Positions 1 through 10,650 of a stretch of 64,000 nucleotides of DNA are shown here, piece after piece. Origin of the DNA: an uncultured Candidatus Binatia bacterium (GTDB lineage Bacteria > Desulfobacterota > Binatia > UBA9968 > CAXXLF01); contig OZ244621.1 in NCBI GenBank assembly GCA_965218425.1, positions 3,456,001 to 3,520,000 of the forward strand. The letters are read 5' to 3'. The position numbers and the translations under genes are program-made. Every line of letters begins with the position of its first letter. The first letter of the stretch is position 1. The notes under the pieces were generated by a model. The model searched no databases and was not told the DNA's origin. It was given only the letters and a program-made list of their open reading frames with translations.

Positions 1-368
1 GGCTGGTCCTATATCCATGTACTTGTTGGGATCATAGTGAGCGCCGGGCGTGCCAAAATAGGGAACCTCTGCGGCATTGGAGTTTACTACACCCAGAATT
101 GAAGGTCGGGTCTCCCCTTAAAAATTTTTAACTGCGAAGGTATTTCTTTACCACCTGGAATATTCTGGACTATAACGTTGGGCTTTCCCGGGATGTGCTT
201 GGAAAGGAATCTGGCCGTGAGCCGGGTGACCCGGTCCCGGCGCCCGCCCGGTTGGCTCCCTAAGACTAATGTAATGGACCTGCCCTCGAAGTAATCTTTA
301 GCCTGGGTCGGACTGGATGTCAGAACAACGGCCAACGATAGCAAAGCTAGCATGGCTATTCGGTTCAT
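1..368 (-). pseudogene. Bug/TctC-family (tripartite tricarboxylate transporter) substrate-binding protein, frameshifted near position 100, runs off the window
   Basis: Signal peptide plus TctC-like N-terminus (ITLVLGSQPGG...VIVQNIPGG...RPD). A plausible continuation ILGVVNSNAAEVPYFGTPGAHYDP lies in another frame past about position 100. Confidence 0.7.
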
Positions 369-565
369 AAACCGTCGTTACACAAAAGTTTATAATAGCA
401 CATAGATAAAAGGATTCCGTTGTTGATGTCAAGGGTTCAGTGGAGTTGGCGCAAGTCCTGGACTAACTTCAAGTGTAAATTGAGGTTTATTATGCAGATA
501 GCTATTATTTAACGAATTATTCGTGGAATTGATTTAGCGAGTTAATTGAATGAATCAGTCCGTGC

Positions 566-1336
566 CTATCTCGGTGGACGCGGGGAAGGCATGGCCCCTT
601 GGAGCGATCCGCCGTCCGCCAGGATATCAGCGGCCGCGATGAAACTGGCGTCATCCGAGGCAAGAAAGGTGACAACGGCTGCGATGTCAGGCGGCATGCC
701 CTGGCGTCCTACCAGGTTGGAGACCTCGCGGTTTCCGCCGGCAATAGTTTCTTGACCCACAGGCGATCCTACTCTGTTGGGAGTGACGGAGTTGACACGG
801 ATTTTGTAAGGTGAAAGCTGGATTGCAAGGGATCGGGTGAAATTCAGCACGCCGCCTTTCGCCGCTGAGTAGGCTGTCGCGTCAGCTCGTCCCCGGTGAC
901 CGGATGTTGATGCGATATTAATGATACTTCCTCCCCGTCCTTGCTCAACCATGCGCTTTGCGACGAACTTGCTGCACAGGAACTGGCTTTTCAACGTGAC
1001 TTTCATCACGAGATCCCATTCGTCCTCCTCCAACTCCAGAATAGGTTTATGATCTGTTACTGCGACATTGTTCACGAGTATGTCGATGCCGTTCCACTGA
1101 TTTACGACAGATGCCACCATTCGCTGTACATCGGTGCTGGCGGACATATCCGCCGCAATTGCCAGCGCGCTCCCTGGGTGAGCTCGATTAATGGCATCCG
1201 CCACAGCCTTGGCTGGTTCCTCACGGATATCAACAACGGCGACCCGAGCACCTTCGTTCGCAAACGAATGGGCGACAGCCTCACCGATGTTGCGCCCGGC
1301 TCCTGTAACAATTCCAACGCGGTTCTCTAGTCGCAT
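566..1336 (-). CDS. Short-chain dehydrogenase/reductase (classical SDR)
   Basis: TGAGRNIG Rossmann motif, DILVNN, catalytic YSAAK, C-terminal ADGG; 256 aa. Confidence 0.95.
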   Translation of the reverse strand: MRLENRVGIVTGAGRNIGEAVAHSFANEGARVAVVDIREEPAKAVADAINRAHPGSALAIAADMSASTDVQRMVASVVNQWNGIDILVNNVAVTDHKPILELEEDEWDLVMKVTLKSQFLCSKFVAKRMVEQGRGGSIINIASTSGHRGRADATAYSAAKGGVLNFTRSLAIQLSPYKIRVNSVTPNRVGSPVGQETIAGGNREVSNLVGRQGMPPDIAAVVTFLASDDASFIAAADILADGGSLQGAMPSPRPPR

Positions 1337-1386
1337 AATTTAACCCCTCCATTATGAATAGTCATTCGTCACTGACGGTTTAGAAA

Positions 1387-2544
1387 CTATTTATTTTTCT
1401 TTCTTTCTCCTGCTTTCGCGATTGCCTGCCTTACCAGCTTCCAGTACCATTTCCGCACCGGCCTGGGATCAAGAAAACCCAGCACTGGGTACTTTTTCCC
1501 CTTCTCCCTTCGGTACGCCGCAATGACATTGTCGTTTGGTATATCCTCCCTCAGGGTTTGTGAACCGTTAAAGGCTATTGTATTCATGATCCTTTGCCAT
1601 TCCTTTTGACCATCACGAGACACGAACCAATTAATGAAAACCTTGGCGGCATTGGGGTGAGGAGCGTCTTTCACAAAGCCCATTACGCTACTGTTCCCAC
1701 TTGCGAGCGCGCCTGCCTCTTTTATCTGGTGGCCACGAACCGCCTCCACCGGGAGCCCGGCCTTCTGAGCCCGCTCAAGTCCCCTGCACATAAAGCATAG
1801 GGTATATTTTCCCCGAGCGAGCCAGTCGGTTGCCTGACGCCTACCCCGAGTTATGGTGAGGTCCATTTCCCCAAACAGTCGCTCCAGGTATTTTGGTCCG
1901 ACCAGGGGATTGTAATAGAGTCCCAGCATGGGAGTTGGGACCGTACCGCCACCGCCATAGCTGAAAAACCCGATATCTCCCCTATACTTGGGGTCGAGAA
2001 CATCCCAGTAAGACCGAATCGCCAGTTTCGGCATCTTTTTTGTGTTGTAGGCCATGCTTGCGCTTGCCGGGGTCCCTTCGTAGACGAACAGGAATTTTTT
2101 TTCTGGATCGCTCCAGATGTGTTTGCCCCCGTACCATTTGGATTGGTCTGTAACGTCCGGCAGGATCAAATGAGGGCGCAGAGGCTGCATAAAACCTGCT
2201 ATGTAAGCCTCTCGGACTACTGCAGGGCCAGACGAATAAACATCCGCAAGGTACTTGCGAGCTCTGCGTTCTGCAATGAGGCGATTGAGTTCTTGGGAAT
2301 GTCCAAGCACGGTGACCACTTTAATTTTAGGATAGCGCTTATTGAATGCCTGAATAATGGCCGGGTGGGTGACAGCCGGTTGTCCATAAGTATTGACCTG
2401 ACCTTCCTTGTTAGCCGCCTCGACAATTTTTTCCCATTTTGCCTTCCACGTGCCCCCCTCTTCTCCACGAGTCAGTGAACCAAGGGAAAAGACAAAAAAT
2501 AACGCGCCTATAACCCATATGGTAAATTTTATCCTTAGCATCAT
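1387..2544 (-). CDS. ABC transporter substrate-binding protein (Fe3+/thiamine/polyamine-type fold), tandem copy 1
   Basis: Signal peptide, AANKEGQV, APHPNAAKVFINW motifs; 385 aa. Confidence 0.9.
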   Translation of the reverse strand: MMLRIKFTIWVIGALFFVFSLGSLTRGEEGGTWKAKWEKIVEAANKEGQVNTYGQPAVTHPAIIQAFNKRYPKIKVVTVLGHSQELNRLIAERRARKYLADVYSSGPAVVREAYIAGFMQPLRPHLILPDVTDQSKWYGGKHIWSDPEKKFLFVYEGTPASASMAYNTKKMPKLAIRSYWDVLDPKYRGDIGFFSYGGGGTVPTPMLGLYYNPLVGPKYLERLFGEMDLTITRGRRQATDWLARGKYTLCFMCRGLERAQKAGLPVEAVRGHQIKEAGALASGNSSVMGFVKDAPHPNAAKVFINWFVSRDGQKEWQRIMNTIAFNGSQTLREDIPNDNVIAAYRREKGKKYPVLGFLDPRPVRKWYWKLVRQAIAKAGERKKNK

Positions 2545-2611
2545 ACCAGTCCCCCTTTTTCTCTTCTCACTGTCTGAGGATAGTGGATCGGCTTGTCAAC
2601 GATTGCCCCCT

Positions 2612-3769
2612 CTATTTTTGCTTCTTTGCTCTTTCTCCCTGCCTCGCGATAGCCTTCCTGACCAGCTTCCAGTACCATTTCGTCACCGGCCTGGGATCGA
2701 GGAAACCTAATACTGGGTACACTTTGCCCTTTGTCCTTCGGTATGGTGCGAGGACATTGTCGTTTGGGATGTCTTCCCTCAGGGTTTGTGAACCGATGAT
2801 GGCTTGTTCATTCATGACCCTTTGCCATTCTGTTTGACCGTCACGAGAAAAGAGCCAATTGAAAAAGACGATTGCCGCATTGGGGTGAGGAGCGTCTTTG
2901 ATAAAGCCAAGTTGGCTGCTGTTCCCACTTGCGAGGGCGCCTGACTCTTTTAATTGTTCGCCACGAATGGGCATCACTGGGAGCCCGGCTTTCTGAGCTA
3001 TCTCAAGTCCCCTGCACATAAAGCACAGGGTGTATTTCCCTCTGGCGAGCCAGTCGGTTGTCTGCCGCCGGCCACGGGATATAGTGAGTTCCATTTCCCC
3101 AAACAGTCGCTCCAGGTATTTCGGTCCAACCAGGGGATTGTAATAGAGTGCCAGCATGGGAGTTGGAACGATACCGCCACCGCCATAGCTGAAAAACCCG
3201 ATATCTCCCCTATACTTTGGGTCGAGAACATCCCAGTAAGACTTAATCGCCAGTTTCGGCATCTTTTTTGTGTTGTAGGCCATGCTTGCGCTTGCCGGGG
3301 TCCCTTCGTAAACGAAAAGATATTTCTTTTTCGGATCCCCCCAGATGTGTTTGCCCCCGTACCATTTGTTTTGGTCTATGACGTCCGGCAGGATCAAATG
3401 GGGTCGAAGCGGCTGCAAAAAACCATGGATGTAAGCCTGTCGGACTATTGCAGGGCCCGAAGCATAGACATCGGCGAGATACTTGCGCGCTCTGCGTTCT
3501 GCAACGAGGCGAAGAAATTCTTGGGTATGTCCACTCACGGTGACAATTTTGATTTTGGGATAGCGCTTATTGAATGCCTGAATAATTCCTGGGTGGGTGA
3601 CATCGGGCAGTCCCCAGGTATTGACTTGCCCTTCCTTATTCGCTGCCTCGACAATTTTTTCCCATTTTGCCTTCCAGCCGGTTTCCTCTCCTAGGACTGT
3701 GGAAGAAACAAAAAAGGTAAACACCAATATTCCCACTACTGACAGGATTGATTTCATTTTGTGAACCAT
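2612..3769 (-). CDS. ABC transporter substrate-binding protein, tandem copy 2
   Basis: Close paralogue of 1387-2544, same length and motifs. Confidence 0.9.
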   Translation of the reverse strand: MVHKMKSILSVVGILVFTFFVSSTVLGEETGWKAKWEKIVEAANKEGQVNTWGLPDVTHPGIIQAFNKRYPKIKIVTVSGHTQEFLRLVAERRARKYLADVYASGPAIVRQAYIHGFLQPLRPHLILPDVIDQNKWYGGKHIWGDPKKKYLFVYEGTPASASMAYNTKKMPKLAIKSYWDVLDPKYRGDIGFFSYGGGGIVPTPMLALYYNPLVGPKYLERLFGEMELTISRGRRQTTDWLARGKYTLCFMCRGLEIAQKAGLPVMPIRGEQLKESGALASGNSSQLGFIKDAPHPNAAIVFFNWLFSRDGQTEWQRVMNEQAIIGSQTLREDIPNDNVLAPYRRTKGKVYPVLGFLDPRPVTKWYWKLVRKAIARQGERAKKQK

Positions 3770-3844
3770 AGCTCTCTCCTTTGTTTGCTCATCCTCCGCG
3801 GATGAGGGTTGATTGCCTTGCCAACGACACTTTCACAAATCTCT

Positions 3845-4993
3845 CTACCTCTTTTTTCTTTTTTTTGCCTGTGACTCGTGCACCAGCCCCCAGTAAAATT
3901 TGAGGTGTGGTTTGGGATCAAGAAACCCCAGCTCTCGGTACTTTCTAGTTTTCGATCTGCGATAACCCTGTTGTACCGTGTCCTTGGGAATGTCGTTGCG
4001 AAAGGAGTCCGAACCGTCACCTACAATTTGGTTTAATACTCTTTGCCACGTGATCTGGCCTTCACGGGAAAGGAACCAATTGGCAAAGACGATTGCCGCA
4101 TTGGGGTTGGGAGCCTTATCGAGGTAGCCAATGATGCTGCTGTTCCCGGCTCCGATGGTACCGCCTTCCTTTATCTGGTCGCGCGGGAAGTCCTCTATTG
4201 GGAGTCCAGCCTTTTTAGCCTGCTCAACCCGCCTGCACATAAAACAAATGGTGAATTTGCCCCTGCCCAGGGAGTCCACCACCTGACGGGTGTCGCGATA
4301 CATGGTAACGTCCATTTCCGTAAAGAGTCGCTTGATAAACTTTTTACCAAGTTCCGGGTTGTATAGCATAACCAGCATCGGGGTTGGTATGGACGAGCCA
4401 CCTCCGTAACTGAACATCACGATCTTACCCCGCCACTTAGGGTCCAATACGTCCCAATAGGACTTGATCTGTTCCGGGTTTTTAAGATTATTTGTGTTAT
4501 AGGTCATGCTTGCGCTGCCCGGGGTACCCTCATAGGTGAAGAGGTACTTCTTTTCCGTACCACCCCAGAAGTAACTCCCCCTGTACCATTTTGACTGGTC
4601 TGCAACTTCCGGGAGTATTAGGTGGGGGCGAATGGGTTGCAGGTAACCCGCCTGATAGGTTGCGCGAAGTGTGCGAGGGCCATTAGAAATAAGATCCGCA
4701 AGGTATTTGCGCGCGCGCCGTTCTGCAACGAGCCGAGAAAGTAACTCGGAACGCCCGAATTGTGGAACAACTTTGATCCCAGGATAGCTTTTGTTGAAGA
4801 CCTTAATGACTTCTGGATGGGTCATGTCCGCTAGACCCCAAGTATAGACTTTACCTTCCTTATTTGCTGCCTCGACAATCTTGTCCCATTTTGCCTTCCA
4901 GTCAGCGCCTTCTCCTTGGATGGGTAAAGCAAGAGAGAAGAGAAGCGCTAACATTCCCAAACCCGACCGGGTTAGCATTCCTTTCCACTCCAT
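3845..4993 (-). CDS. ABC transporter substrate-binding protein, tandem copy 3
   Basis: More diverged paralogue. Start set at ATG 4993 (MEWKG), which has an AGGAGG RBS and a signal peptide. Confidence 0.88.
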   Translation of the reverse strand: MEWKGMLTRSGLGMLALLFSLALPIQGEGADWKAKWDKIVEAANKEGKVYTWGLADMTHPEVIKVFNKSYPGIKVVPQFGRSELLSRLVAERRARKYLADLISNGPRTLRATYQAGYLQPIRPHLILPEVADQSKWYRGSYFWGGTEKKYLFTYEGTPGSASMTYNTNNLKNPEQIKSYWDVLDPKWRGKIVMFSYGGGSSIPTPMLVMLYNPELGKKFIKRLFTEMDVTMYRDTRQVVDSLGRGKFTICFMCRRVEQAKKAGLPIEDFPRDQIKEGGTIGAGNSSIIGYLDKAPNPNAAIVFANWFLSREGQITWQRVLNQIVGDGSDSFRNDIPKDTVQQGYRRSKTRKYRELGFLDPKPHLKFYWGLVHESQAKKRKKR

Positions 4994-5105
4994 ATGGTTC
5001 CTCCTTTGCCGGAAAATAATGTAAGAGTCCTCTATAAACGAATCCTTCGGAAAAGCAAGTCTCCAAATCATGATTTCAAACAGGCGTTTGGCGATACTGA
5101 CCCCT

Positions 5106-6599
5106 CTAATCCCATGGGTTCTCTGTGGCGGCGTTCATGCCGGCAATCTTACCTCCGATAAAGCACTCGGCGTTGTTGCCTGCCAGCATGTATAGATGGC
5201 CAAAAATAGAACCCATCTCACCGGCGGCGTAGAGCCGGGGAATGGGTTGCCCGTAGGGGTCCATAACCTGCTGCTTGCCATTATGAACGGGCCCGCCCTG
5301 GGTATTGGTGATGATGGGCCAGATGGGGATAGTGTAAAATGGCGGTCGCTCGATGGAGACCATGGTACCGGAAGGGCGCCGAAAGTCGCGGTCCTGTCCT
5401 GCCCGACACTGATCGTTCCACCGGCCAATGGTCTCCCGCAGGATTTCAGGTTCAATATCCAGGTGCCGGGCCAATGCCTGGAGCGAATCAAACCGATGGA
5501 GGATCCGGGTGGCCACTTCCCTAAGGTTGTCCTCGCTCCACTCGAAGCTGAACCGGTCGTCGTTGATCTTGGGTTGTCCAATAGGGCCGAGTTTCCGGCC
5601 TTCCTCATCAAAGATCAGGTGGCTGGGAACTCGCGGGTAGTCCTGAATGTCGGCGTCGTAGAATTCCATGGCACGAATGGGCGTATCCTGTGGCGCCGGC
5701 GGATATTCGTTCATAAACCGCCTGCCAAATCGGTCCACGACAATCCAGGGCATCTTCCTGTCAGGCACACGGAAACCGGGGAAGGTGTGCCTCACCGCCA
5801 CCGGTAGCTCGGGGATGCGGAACCCGTAGCCCCCGTGGAGGTGCCACATATGCCACAGCGCCGCCCCCGCCTTCTGTGCCATGAGTATGCCGTCTCCGGT
5901 GTTGCCAAGGGGGCTCATGGAAATGGTGTTTCGGATCTGCAAGAAATGGGATTGCAACCGTGCATTATGCTCAAAGCCACCCGTGCAGAGGATAACCCCG
6001 CGCCGGGCCTTTACCGTGACCTCCCGGCCATCCATTTCTGCCAATACCCCTAGGGCTACACCATCCCCATTCGTTATCAGTTCTCGCACCGGGCTCTCGA
6101 AATGGACATCGATGGGCCGTCGTTTAACATGCTCCGCCACTACCCAGAATAGGGTTCCTCCAGCCTTCGTCCCCTTGGCCCAGGAAAAGCCCTTATAGGT
6201 CTCATTGCGACTTACGTTCATGGCAGCGATGGTGTCCGACCCGGGAAAAGGGTAGGTCCCGCCGCGTCTGTTCTCAGCCGTTTCGAATCCCAACTCGGCG
6301 GCCAGATGGGTCAACATGATCCGTAGATCCACCATGCCGTGGGCGAAGACCTTCAAAACATCATCGTCGGTGGCATCGAGACAGGTGCGACGCAAATACT
6401 CCAGTGCCAAATCCGCATTATCCGCCACCACCACCGAGCCGCCGGAGAGAATGGAGTTGCCGCCGAAGTGTGCGGTCTTTTCAAAGATCACTGTGCGTAC
6501 GCCGCCGGCATCGGCATAGAGAGCCGAGATGCCTCCGGCAAAGCCATAGCCGGCTACCACCACATCGTATTGCATGTCCCAGTGGGATGGCTCTTTCAT
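5106..6599 (-). CDS. FAD-binding oxidoreductase (fumarate reductase flavoprotein / 3-ketosteroid dehydrogenase superfamily)
   Basis: VVVAGYGFAG, FGGNSILSGG, CTGGFE, GNTGDG, GRRFMNE, LYAAGE motifs. Start 6599 chosen from the RBS; the ORF is open from 6656. Confidence 0.88.
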   Translation of the reverse strand: MKEPSHWDMQYDVVVAGYGFAGGISALYADAGGVRTVIFEKTAHFGGNSILSGGSVVVADNADLALEYLRRTCLDATDDDVLKVFAHGMVDLRIMLTHLAAELGFETAENRRGGTYPFPGSDTIAAMNVSRNETYKGFSWAKGTKAGGTLFWVVAEHVKRRPIDVHFESPVRELITNGDGVALGVLAEMDGREVTVKARRGVILCTGGFEHNARLQSHFLQIRNTISMSPLGNTGDGILMAQKAGAALWHMWHLHGGYGFRIPELPVAVRHTFPGFRVPDRKMPWIVVDRFGRRFMNEYPPAPQDTPIRAMEFYDADIQDYPRVPSHLIFDEEGRKLGPIGQPKINDDRFSFEWSEDNLREVATRILHRFDSLQALARHLDIEPEILRETIGRWNDQCRAGQDRDFRRPSGTMVSIERPPFYTIPIWPIITNTQGGPVHNGKQQVMDPYGQPIPRLYAAGEMGSIFGHLYMLAGNNAECFIGGKIAGMNAATENPWD

Positions 6600-6930
6600 C
6601 GCAGTTCCTTCTCCTTGTTCAGGGCGGTGATCCGTCAACTCCGTCAAAGGAACCATGAAGTATCAAAGCCTCAAAGGAGTGTCAATTGCTCACTTTGCAA
6701 CCGGAGCAGATGCCCCGATTCTATGTCCATTACGGATAGTCAAATGAAGCTATGAAGTCATTTGCTAAATCCTCCAAGTGGTGTAGTATCGGGGAGTTGC
6801 TGACTTTGGACGAGATTATTCGGCTCGGAGAAACCTACAGACTTCACAGGGTTGAAGATGATAGGTTCATGATTTGAGCGATAGGAATTTTCCTGACTAT
6901 GGAAAGAAGGTTTGTTTAACTAGGAGGTCA

Positions 6931-8073
6931 ATGATGGAGAGAACAGTACAATCCAAATCAAGACAGTCCCAGGATGCTTCCGGCGGTGGCAGGGTTGTCG
7001 GCGAAAGGGTAGCTTCGAATTCTTTCATCCCAGAAGATGAAAAGGAGTACCATCAAACCCTGGAAGACGAGAACATCAATCCGCTTTGGTTGCGGCATAT
7101 GGCCCCTGCTAAGCGACCCAAGCTTCAGCCCTATGTCTGGCGCTGGGAGAAAATGCGTGAGCTCGCTTACCAGGCGGGTCAACTGGAGAGCCTGAAGGGC
7201 AAGGGGTTTCGCCGAGCACTCACCATGCGTAATCCCGGGCTCAAAAATCCCGATGCTGGGGCAACCAAGACCATGTCCGCGGCCATCCAAATCGTGTGGC
7301 CGGGAGAGATTGCGGAGGCCCACCGTCACACGGCTGCGGCCATTCGTTTTGTAATTGAAGGGAGTGGAGCGTTTACGGTGCAAGATGGCGAGAGTTTCCG
7401 GATGGAAGCGGGCGACCTTACATTGACCCCGAGCTGGGTCTGGCATGACCACAACAACCCCGAGGACAAACCGGTGATCTGGTTGGACTGTCTTGACGCT
7501 CCCATGGTGGGATTTTTTGATTCCATGTTCCAAGAGCCGTTCCCCGAAGAGATCCAGCCTGTCATAAAGCCGGTTGGCTACACCAATGCAGCTATCGGTA
7601 ATGGCCTCATGCGGGCTAATCTAAAGAATGTTGTGGGTGGCACCCTACCTATCAACTATAAATGGAGTGATGCCTACGGGGCGCTGCTGGGCTTCGGTGA
7701 GAAGGATCGTTTCGACGGCGTGATTATGGAATACGCCAATCCGGTCACGGGCGGCCACAGCATGCCCACATTGGGCCTGAAGCTGCAACGGCTGGAACCC
7801 GGGGCGCACACCGATGCGCACCGTCATACCTCCAGCGTGGTGTATCACGCGGCAAAGGGCTCCGGCTATTCTATCATCGATGGAAAGCGCCTGGACTGGT
7901 CCAAGGGGGACACCTTTGTTTTGCCCAGTTGGGCTTATCATGAGCATGGATGCAACTCGAAGGACGACGACGCCGTGCTGTTCTCCATGAGCGACCTTCC
8001 CGTGATCGAGGCCATGGGGCTTTACCGAGAGGAGGAGGGAGAGGGCCAGGAGGTTACAGGGACGATTGAGTAG
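6931..8073 (+). CDS. Gentisate 1,2-dioxygenase-like bicupin ring-cleavage dioxygenase
   Basis: RRALTMRNPGL, AHRHT..AIRF, TPSWVWHDH, WLDCLD, second AHRHT cupin motif; AGGAGG RBS before ATG 6931. Confidence 0.88.
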   Translation: MMERTVQSKSRQSQDASGGGRVVGERVASNSFIPEDEKEYHQTLEDENINPLWLRHMAPAKRPKLQPYVWRWEKMRELAYQAGQLESLKGKGFRRALTMRNPGLKNPDAGATKTMSAAIQIVWPGEIAEAHRHTAAAIRFVIEGSGAFTVQDGESFRMEAGDLTLTPSWVWHDHNNPEDKPVIWLDCLDAPMVGFFDSMFQEPFPEEIQPVIKPVGYTNAAIGNGLMRANLKNVVGGTLPINYKWSDAYGALLGFGEKDRFDGVIMEYANPVTGGHSMPTLGLKLQRLEPGAHTDAHRHTSSVVYHAAKGSGYSIIDGKRLDWSKGDTFVLPSWAYHEHGCNSKDDDAVLFSMSDLPVIEAMGLYREEEGEGQEVTGTIE

Positions 8074-8090
8074 CGTGGGAGGAAAAATCC

Positions 8091-8738
8091 ATGGACAGCC
8101 GCGAATTTGCTACGGCAGTAGAGAAACGTGTAGCAGTATTCTGTGAGGCCTTGGACGACCGTCCCCCGGCATACAGCTATGTCCCGATTACCAACGACAC
8201 GATGCGCATAAAGGTCATGAGGAGCAGGCTCTTCAATGAAGTTCGTGCGGGAGAAATATTCGGCGGATGGCTCAAGGGTACCCCAGAAATTGATGTGAAA
8301 AAGACTCTTGCCGAATCGGTTCGCGAAGAATATGTCCATGCAGGTTTTCTTGAAGACGCACTTCGGAATAAAGGTGCGGAGCCTTATGACTATAAGCCCC
8401 TGCCGGCTCAAATGGCTATGTTCAACGCGTTCGAGGCGTTAACCGACACCGTAGAGCGGATCGCCGCCTTTCCTATGGCGGGTGAAGGAGTCGCCGACTA
8501 TTTGATTGCTTTGAGCCTCAAAGCAGGAACAGTGCCAAAATGGGTGACGGATCCTTACCAAAAAATTCATGAGGATGAAAAGGAACACGGCAACTATCCC
8601 TTTGAAATACTGGTTAAATACGGTACGACACCCGAAAAGCAGGAGAGAGTGACCCGGGCCGTGGAGATGAGTCTCATGTTGAGGCGTCAATACTTCGATA
8701 ATCTCGACCGCTGGGTTTATCAGGACAAAATTTTCTAG
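8091..8738 (+). CDS. Ferritin-like (diiron four-helix bundle) protein
   Basis: E...EEYVH...E...DEKEH ligand pattern; GGAGG RBS; directly follows the dioxygenase. Confidence 0.7.
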   Translation: MDSREFATAVEKRVAVFCEALDDRPPAYSYVPITNDTMRIKVMRSRLFNEVRAGEIFGGWLKGTPEIDVKKTLAESVREEYVHAGFLEDALRNKGAEPYDYKPLPAQMAMFNAFEALTDTVERIAAFPMAGEGVADYLIALSLKAGTVPKWVTDPYQKIHEDEKEHGNYPFEILVKYGTTPEKQERVTRAVEMSLMLRRQYFDNLDRWVYQDKIF

Positions 8739-8921
8739 GCCGAGATTACAGTAAGCGTGAATTTATTTAGGCTCGCGGCACTTGATGACGCTATTGATAA
8801 ATTGATGTGTGTTAGCGATGATCCCCACGGAGATACCAAATGGAACCAGGTTTCCAGCACCAAAAGATGGTCTGCCGGTTTTGGCTATTTTAAGGCTTCC
8901 AAGTGATTAAGGGGGTGCGTC

Positions 8922-9434
8922 GTGCAACGTAGCGTGATCTTTTTCTTGACCCAATTGGTTGTTATGCCATTGGCAGCGTCTGCTCCGAACCTCATAGCAG
9001 TCCCTGTCGCCGCCGCGGAGGATTTCCCCAGCAAGTCGATCTCCTGGCTTGTCCCCTATGCCCCTGGCGGCGGGTTCGACTTGCACAGTCGGGCTGTGGT
9101 TCGGGGCTTGAAAAAACGGCTTGGTGTTTCCGTCATTATCAAGAACGTGCCCGGTGCGGGTGGCAACATCGGCTGGAATCTTTTGTGGAAGGCCAAGCCC
9201 GATGGCCATACCCTAGCCATCGTCAATATCCCTGGTGCTATCGTTTCGGAACTCTACGGCAAGCCCAAGCCACGGTACCGCCTACGGAAGTTTTCCCGGG
9301 TAGGGCGCATTTCCGCGGCACCCTACATCTGGGCGGCTGGCGCCAAAACCCTATATCGCGCACTAGAGGATCTGCAGAAGGCTAAGGAAGTCTTGATCGC
9401 CGGAGTGGGGGTAGGCGGGACAGCATGGGCGACC
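8922..9434 (+). pseudogene. Truncated Bug/TctC-family substrate-binding protein (N-terminal half)
   Basis: FPSKSISWLVPYAPGGGFD, NVPGAGG, KPDGHT motifs. Homology stops near 9430, where the sequence becomes the antisense of an OCD gene. Confidence 0.8.
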
Positions 9435-10350
9435 GCTCCGGCGGCTGCAACTTGGATACCCGCGCCCGTGTTGCTCTTGTAGTAAATAAGCTGCTGCTCG
9501 GTGCTGCGCCCAGGTAGTTTTCCAATGAGAACCTCACCAAGCTCGCACACCTTCTCCCATCCGATTTTTCCTCCTTCTGTAAGGTCTAAGGGCTCCCTCT
9601 GCTGATTTTGAATCGCAGTCTCTTTGTCATTCAGTACAATAAGGTCGCTGGGCATGAACGTGGTGGCATCGGCTTTGGTACCCCATCAGTATTGGCGAGG
9701 GTGGCAACCAACTGGCCAGGCTCCAGCCAGTTACCATCAAGGATCGGTTGGCTTGAGAAAGACTGGTTGAACCTCCACCCTTAGTAACTCGCTCATCTCC
9801 CGAGCAAACGTTTCCTGATGTTCGTGTCTAGGGCTAAAAACCTCAACGTGCTCCACTTTACGAACGCAACAGATAGCCTCTAGATTATGACGTGCCTCAT
9901 TTCCCGAACCAAAAAGACCAACCACCCTCGCATCCTTCTTGGACAAGACCTGATGGGCAACGGCTGTGGTGGCCCCGCCCTCAGCGCGGATAGACTAAAG
10001 TCATGGATCAGGGCCAAGGGCTCTCCGGTTTTCAGACTAAAGAGAATGACAAATCCTCAGCTCCGCTTGCTTGGGGAAGGAAATTCCATTCTCCTGCTTC
10101 CCGAAACCATGCGCTCCTGGACAATCGTTGAGTCATAGCGCAGCGCGGCCATTCCCGAGCTAGGCACCGCCCCCGAGATGATATTAGCTATATAACCTTG
10201 CTCAAGAAGATCCGGCGGAACTTTATACCTCACGCGGGGTCGGTTCACGGCGGTCCCTTTGGCCGCTTCTCTAAAGACACGTTCCATAGCCTCGATGCAA
10301 TTACGTATCTGAAGAACCCGCCTTACCTCTGCATCAGTAATCAAGAGCAT
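9424..10350 (-). pseudogene. Ornithine cyclodeaminase/mu-crystallin family, degraded
   Basis: Fragments MLLITDAEV, TGEPLALIHD, GLFGSGNEA, WLEPG, YYKSNTGAGIQ. Broken by TGA at 10057-10059, frameshifts, an internal deletion and a missing 3' end. Confidence 0.85.
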
Positions 10351-10650
10351 GGATTGACTACCTTCTCCTAAGCTCACTCTCTCACAAAAGTCCTCTCATG
10401 ATTTGAAGCGATCTCTGTGTAGCGGTCAAATTAGGTGTCGTTGAATCAAAGGCTTGGGTGCCATGACAGGATCGTAAAAAAAGAGCTCACGATAAGTCAA
10501 TACGAATGCCTGACCTTCTGGCTCCCCTGACGAAGGACCTAGTCTTTGAGATGAGATTTAACGCAGGGTCGAACCCCAAGGAGGAACACGAGCCGGTCTT
10601 TTAAGGCTCTTCCTAGTGTGAGCTGTTCGGCCAGCGGAAGCCCGCCGCCG

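Noticed and set aside
10057..10059. In-frame TGA in the OCD gene as a third Sec codon
   Set aside because: Context RS*GFVIL fits Trp (TGG), there is no redox motif or clear hairpin, and the gene has further frameshifts and deletions
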